In this document: positions 10,329-20,411 of the stretch, piece by piece
Position numbering within the stretch: the stretch's first letter is position 1
Layout of the letters: each line of letters opens with the position of its first letter
IMG/VR virus record: IMGVR_UViG_3300010885_037407
Location: 16,740-80,739 of that record
Source: a virus
Reading direction: 5' to 3' (one strand)
DNA length: 64,000 nucleotides
Notes under the pieces: model-generated
What the model was told of the DNA's origin: nothing
The model's database searches: none
Seen by the model: only the letters and a program-made list of their open reading frames with translations
Made by a program: the position numbers and the translations under genes

Positions 10329-10967
10329 TTATTGACTAGCAAATACTAATAATCTTTCCGCTTCAAGTACTTCATATACTTTGTTTCTTAACTCATCTAT
10401 ATCTCCATCATTGGAAATAACATAGTCCCAATCAGTTACATTATTCAATGCGGTCTCTGAAGCATGTTGAGCTTGTTTTGCATCTGATTTACTTCCTGGT
10501 CTATGCACTTTAATAGATATTCCATTTCGAAATTTCACAGCGTCTAATTCATTTGGAAATCTAGTGTCTGTGATTATCCAATTTGGATAAGTATTTTCAT
10601 CAAAAGATGTATCAACAAGACTAATCTGTTTTTCTTTTTTGTGGTATCCTTTATATTCTGACATCAAAGCATTTACCCAGACATTCTCATGTAATCCATT
10701 TCGCATTGCTTCTGTGCCTAATAATTGAAGAAGATCTCGCACTGTCATTGGCTCTCCATCTTTGTCCCACATTGCTGGAAGATTAGTATATTTGAATTCT
10801 TGATCTTCAAATTTTTCTTTAGGAATTCCTGAAATAAGTTCTCCTATTGTTTTAAGTTTTCCTGCCCACTTTTGTATTTCCCATTTGTGATATGGAGTAA
10901 TTTCTTGTATGATTTGAGCAATGGTATCTTTACCACTTCCTATTGGACCACTTACACTAATTATCAT
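10329..10967 (-). CDS. Deoxynucleoside monophosphate kinase
   Basis: SGPIGSGKDT P-loop, RDLLQLLGTE, ITDTRFPNE, HASETAL. Confidence 0.88.
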   Translation of the reverse strand: MIISVSGPIGSGKDTIAQIIQEITPYHKWEIQKWAGKLKTIGELISGIPKEKFEDQEFKYTNLPAMWDKDGEPMTVRDLLQLLGTEAMRNGLHENVWVNALMSEYKGYHKKEKQISLVDTSFDENTYPNWIITDTRFPNELDAVKFRNGISIKVHRPGSKSDAKQAQHASETALNNVTDWDYVISNDGDIDELRNKVYEVLEAERLLVFASQ

Positions 10968-10969
10968 AT

Positions 10970-11446
10970 CTATTTAGGTTTTTCTGATTTCATCAATGCG
11001 GTTACTTCTTTATCAGTCTTGCCGTATTTTTTAATAATTGATTTTAATTCTTCAGCATTGGTATCTAAATAGATATCAATATACTCCTTTGCTTCCTTTT
11101 CACTGACTAAGAAGTGCTGTGACAGTAATTCAACCAGGTTTTGATTGTATTTGTCAGACTTTGTTCCTTTGATATATTTGTTGAATTGCTTTTGTTTTGG
11201 TAATATATCAAAATACAGTTTATATGTTTCTGCAGGAGATACTTGTCCTATTGTATATCGTTGAAGTTCATTGACAATGTCAATGAAATCCATATTCATT
11301 GATAGCCATCTATTTACAATAAAAGGAGTAAATGATTTTTTATCAACTTCGTTAAGGTTACCCCAAGGCTTCTTTTTATCTGTCAAACCAGACATATGGT
11401 CAAAGATAGAGGCTGCCCCAGTTGCAACTGCTTTTGGTTTAGACAT
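10970..11446 (-). CDS. Clamp loader small subunit (T4 gp62-like)
   Basis: PFIVNRWLSM...VNELQ...YIK pattern; near the gp44/gp45-like genes. Confidence 0.65.
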   Translation of the reverse strand: MSKPKAVATGAASIFDHMSGLTDKKKPWGNLNEVDKKSFTPFIVNRWLSMNMDFIDIVNELQRYTIGQVSPAETYKLYFDILPKQKQFNKYIKGTKSDKYNQNLVELLSQHFLVSEKEAKEYIDIYLDTNAEELKSIIKKYGKTDKEVTALMKSEKPK

Positions 11447-12020
11447 CTTGTTTATTTATTCGTTTTAATCTTGAGTCTCTCATTTTTTGTTTTGATTCTT
11501 CAGAATGGGATTTTCCGTACATTCCATTATTAGTGGCTTTACTAGAACCTTTTTCTTTTCTAGACAATGACATTTTTTCTTTTGATTCATTTGAATGTGG
11601 TTTGCCTAACCTAGGTTGCTTACCACTATTTTTTCCTTTATTACTTTCACTTATTTTCTGTCTAGTAACTTCGTCATGAGATTTTCCTAATCTTCCAATA
11701 TTCTTTTTCTTATACTCTTCTAATTCAGCTTTAGTAAAGCCTAATCTAGTATTGCCGCCAGTACCACCTTTGGCGATATTATATCCTATCCTAATCGCAT
11801 CTAATTTATTAATCCAATAAATTTCTCGCTCATTTAATAGTAACTTAGTATCACACTCTTCAAGAACTTCTTTTATAAAATTCTCCTTACCATATTTTTT
11901 GATTGCATGCCCTAATGCTTTACCTGATCCTATATAGTTAGAATTATTATGCGAGTCTTGGCCTACGTAAAATTTACCGTTAATTAGATTTGTCGTTTTG
12001 TACACTATTCCTTTTTTCAT
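11439..12020 (-). mobile_element. Free-standing GIY-YIG homing endonuclease with NUMOD3 repeats
   Basis: GIVYKTTNLINGKFYVGQ, YIGSG, GYNIAKGG; repeated GKSH/GKPH-S-E-S-K-KM units. Confidence 0.88.
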
Positions 12021-12141
12021 AGTATTTTTCCATTGAAGTTTTATTTAATCTTTCTTTGTTACGTTCATAATACTCTTTTGCCCATTTATTTTGGGCATCA
12101 CGTTTTTCTTGTTCTGTGATGTATTTTTTTTTACGTCCCAT
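11980..12141 (-). CDS. Small basic protein (53 aa) overlapping the endonuclease start
   Basis: MGRKKKYITEQEKRDAQNKWAKEYYERNKER...; late motif at 12143-12154 immediately upstream. Confidence 0.5.
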   Translation of the reverse strand: MGRKKKYITEQEKRDAQNKWAKEYYERNKERLNKTSMEKYYEKRNSVQNDKSN

Positions 12142-12188
12142 TTAATATAAATATATAACTATAAGAAAAAAACTATAAGAAAAATAAA

Positions 12189-12419
12189 TTAATTTTCTAA
12201 GTCAAACTCGCGATTCACGTTTCCGCATGCCGTACACATATACACTTCTACAGGAAGTATACCATCTTGTTTCTGTCCTGTTAATAACTTTGAAACTTTT
12301 CTAAATTTCATTGCTTTCATGAACATATCATTTTCACATTCTGTATTATCACACAAAAGTGGTGTTGTTTTAGATATGTCAATTTGTGGTCCTTGACCAG
12401 GTTGTTGTTGATGTTTCAT
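12189..12419 (-). CDS. Small zinc-binding protein
   Basis: CDNTEC...CTACG cysteine pairs. Confidence 0.6.
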   Translation of the reverse strand: MKHQQQPGQGPQIDISKTTPLLCDNTECENDMFMKAMKFRKVSKLLTGQKQDGILPVEVYMCTACGNVNREFDLEN

Positions 12420-12433
12420 AATATTAAATTGTA

Positions 12434-12826
12434 TTATATTCTTTTATTTTGCTGAATAGCCTTTTTAATTTTTTCATTAGCATCAATTTGTCTTTCAATA
12501 TCTGCTTTTGCAATATTTGCCATTTCAATTTGAGCTTCTCCCGTAACTCTGCTTAAACAAATTCCATCCCATGCATCATTAACAGCTTTTCTTAATTTTA
12601 CTGTTTCTGAATCTAAAACTTTTTCTTTAATCATTTTAGCTTGCACATACTCTCGCTGTTTCGGGTCTGCTTGATAAGTCATTAATTCTTTTAACCTATC
12701 TGTGCTTTCTAATATGTAATTTACATTAACACCTTCTTCAGAAGTATATATAGGCTCACGTACAGGTTCTACTGTTTGTCGTTTTTTACTAAATAAATTA
12801 GTAAATAATTTGATTAGTTTTTTCAT
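12434..12826 (-). CDS. Hypothetical protein
   Basis: 130-aa ORF with ATGA overlap in the operon. Confidence 0.6.
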   Translation of the reverse strand: MKKLIKLFTNLFSKKRQTVEPVREPIYTSEEGVNVNYILESTDRLKELMTYQADPKQREYVQAKMIKEKVLDSETVKLRKAVNDAWDGICLSRVTGEAQIEMANIAKADIERQIDANEKIKKAIQQNKRI

Positions 12827-13218
12827 GGTTTTATTGTATCATGCCAAGCATCTATTGCTAATCTTAATTCACGAACTTCATGGTCGAGCTCAGCTTTATT
12901 TTCCTGAAGTTGTTTTATGCCATAAGATAATTCTTTATTTTCTTTTTCCAGCATTGCACATCGCATATTTGTAAATTCTGGAAGTTTATCTTTTAACCTT
13001 TTCAGAAATTCTTCTGAAGCATCTGTTGGAGTATATCCTTCTCCAATTCGAATTTCTCCTTCTTTAGTTATTTCAAAAATCATTTTTGATTCAGGCCCTT
13101 TGAATGTAATAATACTATTATCAAAGTTAGATATTTTAGGTTCATCTAAATAAACTACAGCTCCTGAATTTCCATTAAGGAACATAGGTTTATTTATTGG
13201 GCCTCCGTGTCGTGACAT
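12823..13218 (-). CDS. Hypothetical protein with C-terminal coiled coil
   Basis: 131-aa ORF tightly packed after the clamp loader. Confidence 0.6.
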   Translation of the reverse strand: MSRHGGPINKPMFLNGNSGAVVYLDEPKISNFDNSIITFKGPESKMIFEITKEGEIRIGEGYTPTDASEEFLKRLKDKLPEFTNMRCAMLEKENKELSYGIKQLQENKAELDHEVRELRLAIDAWHDTIKP

Positions 13219-13220
13219 AA

Positions 13221-14150
13221 TTAATAAATTTCATTAAGTATTTTTACAAACATAGCACACACATTGATTTCTTTATCAACTACAAATGTATCTTGATATT
13301 GAGCTTCTGCAACTATAATAATAATAGAAGCTATGTGACCTGTTGCAAATAATTCTAAATTATCATAAAGATGTCTATACAAAGGAGTATAATCTTTTAC
13401 TTGAGAATCTGCTAACAACTGGCGAATTGCTGTGAATAGTTGTTTTTTGTCCGGCTTAGACGCTAACAATTCAATAACTTTGTCCATGTAATTAGACGCA
13501 ATCAAAGATTGTTTATCAACTAACAATTCGCCATTAACTACTTGACGCTGGCAGGAATTTAGTATTCGACGAATGTCGGGATACCCTGCATTAATGATAG
13601 ATACCAGATTCTCTGGCTTAAACGTAACCTTTTCTTCTTGAAGAATTTCATTAACGCGAATTGCTACATCTTTCTTTGACGGAGGCGTAATTCCAAAAAC
13701 TTGACAACGAGATTGAATCGGGTCAATTACCTTTTCAACATAGTTACATGTTAAAATGAACCTAGTTGTTTTTGAAAACGTTTCCATTAAATTACGAAGT
13801 GCTGCTTGCGCGTTTGGAGTCAAGTAGTCGGCTTCATCAAGTATTACTAGTTTCCATTGACGAAAGCCTATTGTGCTAGCAAAGCTTTTAATCTTTTCTC
13901 TTACTGTATCAACATTGTTTTCATCAGATGCATTAATATACATTAGATCACAATCAATATTATTCGCAATCAATTTAGCTAGAGTAGTTTTACCAGTACC
14001 TGCTGTTCCGAAAAGCAGCAAGTGTGGCACATCTCCACTTTCTAGATAAATTTTTACTTTATCAACAATTTGCTGATTACCTACGTAACCAGCTAATGTA
14101 GTGGGCCTCCATTTTTCTACCCAAAGTGTATGTTCTGCATTTCCAAACAT
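13221..14150 (-). CDS. Clamp loader AAA+ subunit (T4 gp44/RFC-like)
   Basis: LWVEKWRP, GTAGTGKTT, INASDE, ILDEAD, QSRC. Confidence 0.93.
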   Translation of the reverse strand: MFGNAEHTLWVEKWRPTTLAGYVGNQQIVDKVKIYLESGDVPHLLLFGTAGTGKTTLAKLIANNIDCDLMYINASDENNVDTVREKIKSFASTIGFRQWKLVILDEADYLTPNAQAALRNLMETFSKTTRFILTCNYVEKVIDPIQSRCQVFGITPPSKKDVAIRVNEILQEEKVTFKPENLVSIINAGYPDIRRILNSCQRQVVNGELLVDKQSLIASNYMDKVIELLASKPDKKQLFTAIRQLLADSQVKDYTPLYRHLYDNLELFATGHIASIIIIVAEAQYQDTFVVDKEINVCAMFVKILNEIY

Positions 14151-14866
14151 TACGAGATAGTTAACTTCACCAAATAATAAGTAGCTGTATAATCTGTATT
14201 TGTGAAAGTTACCTTTGCCAAACCTTTAGATGACACTTCTAATAATCCTGTCGCGTCTGCATTTGCATTAAGTATTTCCTTAAACAATTTTGCAGAGAAA
14301 CAAACTACTGAATCCATTTTAGCGGCTTCGACAGTATTTGCTTTGAACACAATTCTATTTGTATTCACACTTGAATGGTTGATGATAATTTTAGTTTCTT
14401 CTCCATTACATTCAACACCAAAATTATCTGATTCTGGTAAGGCATTTGCTGCCTTCTTGAAGTTATTTGAGAAGTCTTTATTTAACTCAATCTTTACATC
14501 CCATTCAGGTAATGATTTAAGATTAGGCACTTGACGAATAACAGATAAATCTGCTAACATATAAGTAATGTTAGTTGAAGCGTCTTCAAATTTCATTGAA
14601 TAAATTTTACTGTCTACTTCCCCAAAGGTAATATCCATATCTTCATCAACGGCGCTTAACATTTTTACTAATTGAGAAGTTGCATACACACCTAACTCAG
14701 CATCTTTTGCTTCAAAAGTATTAAGCACTACTTCACCAATTACATTTTGGTCAGCACTAATAAATTTAGTTGACAATTTATTGTCGGCTACTACTAATTT
14801 GGCGCTGTCAGTGTTACCAGCTAAGAAATATCGGTTTACGAAACCTACTAAAAGTGATTTTTTCAT
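14150..14866 (-). CDS. DNA polymerase sliding clamp (gp45/PCNA-like)
   Basis: 238 aa, beta-rich, C-terminal ATYYLV; directly upstream of the clamp loader as in T4 gene order. Confidence 0.7.
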   Translation of the reverse strand: MKKSLLVGFVNRYFLAGNTDSAKLVVADNKLSTKFISADQNVIGEVVLNTFEAKDAELGVYATSQLVKMLSAVDEDMDITFGEVDSKIYSMKFEDASTNITYMLADLSVIRQVPNLKSLPEWDVKIELNKDFSNNFKKAANALPESDNFGVECNGEETKIIINHSSVNTNRIVFKANTVEAAKMDSVVCFSAKLFKEILNANADATGLLEVSSKGLAKVTFTNTDYTATYYLVKLTIS

Positions 14867-14882
14867 TGTTATTTATTTATTT

Positions 14883-16490
<1,608 letters not shown>

Positions 16491-17786
16491 TTAACTTACT
16501 GAATTGTTTTTAATTAATTTTTGTTCTTTTTTTAATTTTTTTACGTCTACTGCATCAAACTCTGTAAAATCAAAATATTCTTGAGATACTTCACGTGCAA
16601 TATTCATAACATTTTCTCCGCCATACTTAACATAAAATTGTCTATATCTTTCATATACTGCAATTGGATCTGGAGAGTTAAACATTTCTTCCATAGATCT
16701 CAATACTTGAATTAAGTCATTTGGAATAATATCTATCATTGCTTCTAATGGACAAGTATCAATTAGTTGCTCAACATGATCTCTGGTATAGATGTACATG
16801 TATAAGTTATGATACGTTGCTCTAGTTACTGCTTCAGTTGACCAATTTTTAGCAATGTCATAAGTAAAATAAGGCACTCCTGGATGATTTACTAATGAAG
16901 GCAAATGACCGTGATCAGGATAACCCATATTAGAACCATCTTTTGGAAAATACAACATATTAAATACTTGATCTTTCCAATTAGGACTCCAAACCATTTG
17001 ACCAAATATTGGATATTGACCTGGAGAAGAGCTATCTGTTGAAATAGTAATTCTGTTATCAGTATACTGATTCATCAATTTTTGTAATTGTGATAAAATG
17101 AAGAAGTCTGATACTTTAGATATTCCCAATAAATGGACCCAAGTGTTTTGAGGTTTCAAGAATTCCTTTTCTTTAATCATCAAAGCCAAGATATACATAA
17201 AGTCTACTAGACGTCTAGAAGATCCAATACACCAACCACCAAATTCTAAATCTTTAACTGTTTTAAACCAATGGGCAAATTCAGCAGGATTAGAACCTTG
17301 AACTACATTTAAGAAATTAGTTTTACCAGATTGTTTCTTTTCAAAGTATTTGAAATTATCTAAACTAATATCTAATGCTTCTTGGAATCTACCTTCATAA
17401 GTAACACGAGGTGGAATATCTATATTTGCAGCAACATCTGAATTAGCTTCTAACCAATCAAATATTTTATCACGCAATGCCATATCCCATTTCAAAGCTC
17501 CTGTTGCAATTTGGAATCCTCCCGAATCTCCGAACACTACAGCTCCTTTGTCTAGACCCCATTTTTGTCTAATATCTTCTTTCTTATATAAATGACCAGC
17601 AGTCATAAGAAAGTATTTGTACCGCCATTCTTCAGGTACTCTATCATCCCAAAATCTATAAGGGACACCGGGTGCAACTTCTGCATCTTTTGTTAGTGGC
17701 GAACTATAAGCTCCACTACTTAAAGAAGGGAAATATACCATTTTTTTAGGTTGTCCATGAACAGACCCATCTTGATTTAGTATCAT
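16491..17786 (-). CDS. dpdA: DpdA/TGT-like 7-deazaguanine DNA transglycosylase
   Basis: TGT-fold motifs GDSGGFQ, NIDIPP, NVVQG, GGWCIG, VHLLGIS, STDSSS, HNL; co-located with folE/queD/queE. Confidence 0.72.
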   Translation of the reverse strand: MILNQDGSVHGQPKKMVYFPSLSSGAYSSPLTKDAEVAPGVPYRFWDDRVPEEWRYKYFLMTAGHLYKKEDIRQKWGLDKGAVVFGDSGGFQIATGALKWDMALRDKIFDWLEANSDVAANIDIPPRVTYEGRFQEALDISLDNFKYFEKKQSGKTNFLNVVQGSNPAEFAHWFKTVKDLEFGGWCIGSSRRLVDFMYILALMIKEKEFLKPQNTWVHLLGISKVSDFFILSQLQKLMNQYTDNRITISTDSSSPGQYPIFGQMVWSPNWKDQVFNMLYFPKDGSNMGYPDHGHLPSLVNHPGVPYFTYDIAKNWSTEAVTRATYHNLYMYIYTRDHVEQLIDTCPLEAMIDIIPNDLIQVLRSMEEMFNSPDPIAVYERYRQFYVKYGGENVMNIAREVSQEYFDFTEFDAVDVKKLKKEQKLIKNNSVS

Positions 17787-17804
17787 ATTTTTTATTTATT
17801 AGTT

Positions 17805-17836
17805 TAAATATAAGAAATTCTTATGAAGATTCCAAA
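17805..17836 (-). promoter_or_regulatory. Bacteroidota-type promoter TTTG-N20-TATATTTA upstream of dpdA-groEL
   Basis: Consensus with 20-nt spacer. Confidence 0.65.
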
Positions 17837-17837
17837 T

Positions 17838-18857
17838 TTATTTATATTGCTCTGGTATACCATACCATGATTTACTTATTCTCATATCAGGACCGCAGTT
17901 ACATCTTAATTTGCCACAAATAAATGCTTTATTATTTAGTTTAACTCTTAAATCATTATTTTTTACTATATTACCAAAATTTCCTGACCAATTAGGTCCA
18001 CAATGAGCTCCTGCAATACTTCCATCCCATTTCACAGATAAATTTGCTTTGCCCGCGTCACATAAATAACCTTTGAAATAATTCGTACCTTCTGACACTA
18101 ATTTTTGTTGTTGAAATTTTTCTTCAGTGCCGTCTTCATATACGACCATGGTCGATTGTACTTTATGTTCTGGATCATATCCATCTAAACCTCTATCAAA
18201 TCTTTGATAGGTATTATCTCTTAAATAAGCTAACTGTTCTTCTGTGTATAAACCTGAGTATTCACCTAAAAATAGTTTATCTCCTTTATTTGAAAAATTG
18301 CTTGAGTTTGATTTAGATAATACTCCTTTGTATGTAATTGGTATATTAATACTCTTAAAATGTTCTACTGCCTCTAGAGTCCTTTCCCAATGCTCTGGGT
18401 CCATTACTACACCAACACCTATCATAGCATTTTTCTTAACTGCAATGTCTATAATTTGTGAAAATTTATTAAATTTAGAATACTTTGAATGAAAGCTTAA
18501 TGAGGTATAATTTATATCTTCTAAAATCTCTTCCCATACAGAAAGAGCAGCACTTCCATTACTAACCAATGTAATTTTAAAATTATACTCTTTGAAGAAT
18601 TTAACTAACTTTTCTATACCTTTATACAAAGTAGGCTCTCCTCCTGTTAATGTTATATATTTACTAGGGTAGTTTTCTATTTCTGGATTATCTAAAAATA
18701 ATTGCCTAAAGAATTTAAAGTATACTTCTACATCTAATACTGGCGTTGACCCGTCATGTAATTGCTTTGGACAATATTCACACTTATAGTTACATAAATT
18801 TGTAACGCTTAGCGTAATATTAAATTCATCGCTAGTAATTGATTTAATTTTATTCAT
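17838..18857 (-). CDS. Radical SAM enzyme with C-terminal Cys cluster (SPASM/twitch-like)
   Basis: CNYKCEYC, TGGEPTL, VSNGS; C-terminal C..G...C...C..C.C. Confidence 0.88.
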   Translation of the reverse strand: MNKIKSITSDEFNITLSVTNLCNYKCEYCPKQLHDGSTPVLDVEVYFKFFRQLFLDNPEIENYPSKYITLTGGEPTLYKGIEKLVKFFKEYNFKITLVSNGSAALSVWEEILEDINYTSLSFHSKYSKFNKFSQIIDIAVKKNAMIGVGVVMDPEHWERTLEAVEHFKSINIPITYKGVLSKSNSSNFSNKGDKLFLGEYSGLYTEEQLAYLRDNTYQRFDRGLDGYDPEHKVQSTMVVYEDGTEEKFQQQKLVSEGTNYFKGYLCDAGKANLSVKWDGSIAGAHCGPNWSGNFGNIVKNNDLRVKLNNKAFICGKLRCNCGPDMRISKSWYGIPEQYK

Positions 18858-18868
18858 ACTTTAATATA

Positions 18869-19870
18869 TTAATTTCTTTTATTAGATACAAATATTTGAT
18901 TGATTAATTTTTCTGAATCAAAATAATTTTCAAATAGCAATTCTTGAGTTAGTTTAATCAATGGTCTATATGAATCATAGTTTCCAACTAACTCTTTTAC
19001 TTTGCTAGTCATATCAGGAGCAAATTTACTATAATTGAAAATTGAAGATGTCCATTCTGCAGGATATCTAAATTCTTCTGGCACTAACTCTCTCAACCCT
19101 TCAATGTCTGGTATTAATGGAATTGTTCCTAACAAAATACATTCATAAATTTCAACTCCTATATTTGGATTTGTATAAGGAAGTAATGATAATTTTGCTC
19201 TAGACAATTGCCTTAATAGTTGATGTCTTTCCAATGGCACATGCTCTTGAGCGAAGACAATTTGGATACCTTTATGCACTCTTATAAAGTCGTACACAAT
19301 AGCTTCTTGTAACTGAGTATACTGATTCCATGGGAAAACGATTAAATTCTGTTTATTGAATAAACCATTGTACAATGACATTTCTAAATCTAAATAGTCT
19401 AAAGGAAACGGCATTATATGCAGCTTGTCCTCTGTGACTTTTTGAAGACTTTTGAACTTATCTGCATAGAATTTTGATATGAAGAAGTTCTTATCTAAAC
19501 AATCAAAACTTCCTTTTTCATAAAGCTTTCTCCAAGTTATTTCTGTCGTTGGTTTGTATTCTTTGTCATAATCAATATAACATCCATTGGTCCAAAATCC
19601 TAATAACTCTACATCTACTTGATTGGTTTCTGCCCAATGCTTAACATATCTTGTTGCTGATGACCAAGCATTGGTAAATATAAATTTATCTTCATTAGAT
19701 ATTGATTTGGATTCAAACAATGCTTTGATATCTGCTATGTCTACAACTTCAACAACTTTGCAATCTTCATCTCCTTTTGCTTCTATATATCCTTGTAATA
19801 AAGAAGCTAAATGAGTCTCCCATGAATCGTCTTTGGCAATTAATGGGTCTACTACTACATAAACTGTCAT
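18869..19870 (-). CDS. Degenerate GT-B glycosyltransferase-like protein
   Basis: KQNLIVFPW and NPNIGVEIYECILLG parallel KEDFVIWPH and QETFGYTIQEAIYFG in 22989-23993. Confidence 0.55.
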   Translation of the reverse strand: MTVYVVVDPLIAKDDSWETHLASLLQGYIEAKGDEDCKVVEVVDIADIKALFESKSISNEDKFIFTNAWSSATRYVKHWAETNQVDVELLGFWTNGCYIDYDKEYKPTTEITWRKLYEKGSFDCLDKNFFISKFYADKFKSLQKVTEDKLHIMPFPLDYLDLEMSLYNGLFNKQNLIVFPWNQYTQLQEAIVYDFIRVHKGIQIVFAQEHVPLERHQLLRQLSRAKLSLLPYTNPNIGVEIYECILLGTIPLIPDIEGLRELVPEEFRYPAEWTSSIFNYSKFAPDMTSKVKELVGNYDSYRPLIKLTQELLFENYFDSEKLINQIFVSNKRN

Positions 19871-20040
19871 TATTTTCGAATTCGTTTATATCTTGCTAAA
19901 CCATCATTTGATACACTCTTAAATCGAGCAAATTTTCTAATAGGATATTTGTCTTCATCTGTATCATATACATTTATTTCTCCATCAAATTCCCAATTGC
20001 TCCATTTTCTAGTCCACCATTTTAAAATTATATCTAACAT
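19870..20040 (-). CDS. Small hypothetical protein
   Basis: ATG at 20040 (MLDIILKWWTRKWSNWE...) directly after the upstream stop; more plausible than the 20091 start. Confidence 0.5.
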   Translation of the reverse strand: MLDIILKWWTRKWSNWEFDGEINVYDTDEDKYPIRKFARFKSVSNDGLARYKRIRK

Positions 20041-20042
20041 AA

Positions 20043-20402
20043 TTAATTGATTTTTTCTACACGAGCACCATTTTCTTGATCTTCCCAACACTCAACCCAT
20101 TCACAATCAAATCTTTCTAAAATTTCACGCGATAGCATTTCACAAGATTGAGAACCAAATTCATGAGTTCGAGTGCCATTGTCATAATACTTATACTCAA
20201 GATGACCTAATACATCTCTTTTAAACATTATAAACTCTACATCTCTATCATCATGATTAACTGCTTTGCTAATTGTAAAGTGAAACATATGTCTATGCCT
20301 GTCAGCTAAAAACGCAACTTCAGGAAATAACTCTGCTGCCTTTGGAAAGTTGTGCATTGCATCAACTGCCAATTTAACCATTACTGTTGTTTTTGTATTC
20401 AT
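20043..20402 (-). CDS. dpdL: QueD-paralogous T-fold protein, DpdL-like (putative CDG decarboxylase)
   Basis: LADRHRHMF (LxxxHRHxF), SCEML, EDQENGA; a canonical QueD is encoded separately. Confidence 0.68.
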   Translation of the reverse strand: MNTKTTVMVKLAVDAMHNFPKAAELFPEVAFLADRHRHMFHFTISKAVNHDDRDVEFIMFKRDVLGHLEYKYYDNGTRTHEFGSQSCEMLSREILERFDCEWVECWEDQENGARVEKIN

Positions 20403-20411
20403 ACTTTTAAT

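Noticed and set aside
16491-17786. Canonical tRNA-guanine transglycosylase for queuosine
   Set aside because: Lacks the C-terminal CxCxxC zinc site of bacterial Tgt, no queC/queF/queA nearby, and sits in a DNA replication context, which fits DpdA better.
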